Source of the DNA: Andalucia godoyi And28 | Lineage: Eukaryota; Protista; Jakobida | Length of the DNA: 7,559 nucleotides | Direction of reading: 5' to 3' | Assembly (NCBI GenBank): GCA_009859145.1 | Contig: VRVR01000063.1 | Span: 60,604-68,162, forward strand | Shown here: one piece after another, positions 6,750 to 7,559 of the stretch | How positions within the stretch are numbered: position 1 is the stretch's first letter | How the letters are laid out: every line of letters starts with the position of its first letter | Made by a program: the position numbers and the translations under genes | The notes under the pieces: generated by a model | What the model saw: the letters and a program-made list of their open reading frames with translations, nothing else | Told to the model about the DNA's origin: nothing | The model's database searches: none

Positions 6750-7559
6750 TCATGCCAGAACTGACAATCTCTGCATTTGCAGATTGTCGAGGTTGCCCAA
6801 GAAGACGAAACTGCAGTTCAACTGTGTTGAGTCCAGCGAATCTAATTCAAATCCAGCGGCTTCGATCAGCTGGCTTGCTCAATTGGTGTAAGTGAGTTCC
6901 AGAACATGCTCGCTTGGGTGTAATGGAGCTGATGCATGCAGCTTATACAGATGCTCGTGCGTTTGACTCGGTTCTCCCTGGCCCATTTCGTCCCACAGAT
7001 TCTTGGCAATTTCGAGCTTCGCGCTGGGGCAAAAATCAAGACCGACCATCGCGACAGCCGCGAGATCTTGAAAATTGTGGTCAGGACCGCCTTCCATCTT
7101 CAAAAACATATCCAACTCTGTTCGGGTTCCATGCTTCAACAGATACTTGTAAATCGGTGGATACTTGTCGACTGTTTGTGCCAGCAATGTCATTCTTTCC
7201 CCGACTGTTGCAGTGCAGTCCTTCCATGAAATTCGACTGAAAATCCCAGAAGCTTCTTGGTCTGCTGTCCTTAAACAACAGTCTTCGATGTTCATCCGAA
7301 TTCCAGAAACAACCGGATGTTCAAATATCTGCATCAGCTCGGTTGAAATCGCAGATTGGCTGGATATCCATGAGGCTTGATTGAAACTGTGAAGAAGAGA
7401 CAGCGTGCTCAGCTGATCCACCAACGAGACTTCATCCGACACGAACAGGCGCTCAACATTGTTCTGAGCACGGCTCATCTGTCCTAAAACCGCTTCCGAG
7501 CTATTCCATCGTGCATACTGTAAAGATGAATGGTGATGATGAACTGAGCTCAGCAGATG
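6750..7559 (-). CDS. Heme-oxygenase-like diiron enzyme (iron-containing redox enzyme family), 5'-partial, interrupted and apparently C-terminally truncated (possible pseudogene)
   Basis: The frame is open to the window end (HLLSSVHHHH...). Motifs HPVVSGIRMNIE, PIYKYL...FLKME...NFQDLAAVAMVG and KLEIAKNLWDEMGQGEPSQTHEHLY (7019-6945) resemble the bacterial family pattern K-x-E-x-A-x-N-x-W-D-E-M-G-x-G-x5-H. After a 69-nt insert the same frame resumes QLIEAAG...FLGNL and ends TGA at 6750-6752. Confidence 0.75.
6873..6941 (-). other. 69-nt in-frame insert containing TGA (6879-6881); atypical intron or disabling insertion
   Basis: Removing 69 nt gives H-E-H-L-Y-x-Q-L-I-E-A-A-G, matching the family helix pattern H-x2-L-F/Y-x2-L-L-x3-G. 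Confidence 0.6.

Noticed and set aside
6583-6845. Alternative minus frame IRFAGLNTVELQF...IHCKTDMLR as the enzyme's C-terminus
   Set aside because: It overlaps the frame that matches the family (FLGNL), the ligand spacing is wrong, and it lacks the final His.
6699-6881. Genome-wide TGA reassignment to Trp as the explanation for in-frame TGAs
   Set aside because: The 1138-codon cyclase ORF contains no internal TGA, and read-through neither removes the 23-aa insert nor restores the missing metal ligands.
6914-7278. Plus-strand ORFs 6914-7240 and 7081-7278 as the host gene of the antisense intron-like element
   Set aside because: The translations are not protein-like and the first begins inside the element; no coding support.

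Overview
Gene-dense eukaryotic (protist-like) DNA with four protein-coding loci and short intergenic gaps. I found no rRNA, tRNA, CRISPR or recognisable mobile element. (1) 66-3443 (+): an intronless membrane adenylyl cyclase with 4 predicted TM helices, a PAS domain and a class III catalytic domain carrying ATP-specifying residues. (2) About 5381-3630 (-): an uncharacterised, probably 4-exon gene. The ORF track splits it into three ORFs that share one reading frame. Its last exon may encode an Ig-fold/CudA-like DNA-binding domain. (3) 5774 (or 5570)-6571 (+): a single Myb/SANT-domain protein, head-to-head with gene 2. (4) >7559-6750 (-): a bacterial-type heme-oxygenase-like diiron enzyme ('iron-containing redox enzyme' family). 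It is interrupted by a 69-nt in-frame, stop-containing insert with no good sense-strand splice donor, and it appears to lack the C-terminal half of its metal site. The most interesting signals are this enzyme and its insert, and the splice architecture (fixed CTGATT-11/12 nt-AG 3' ends). Family assignments come from motif recognition by eye and memory; no database searches were run.
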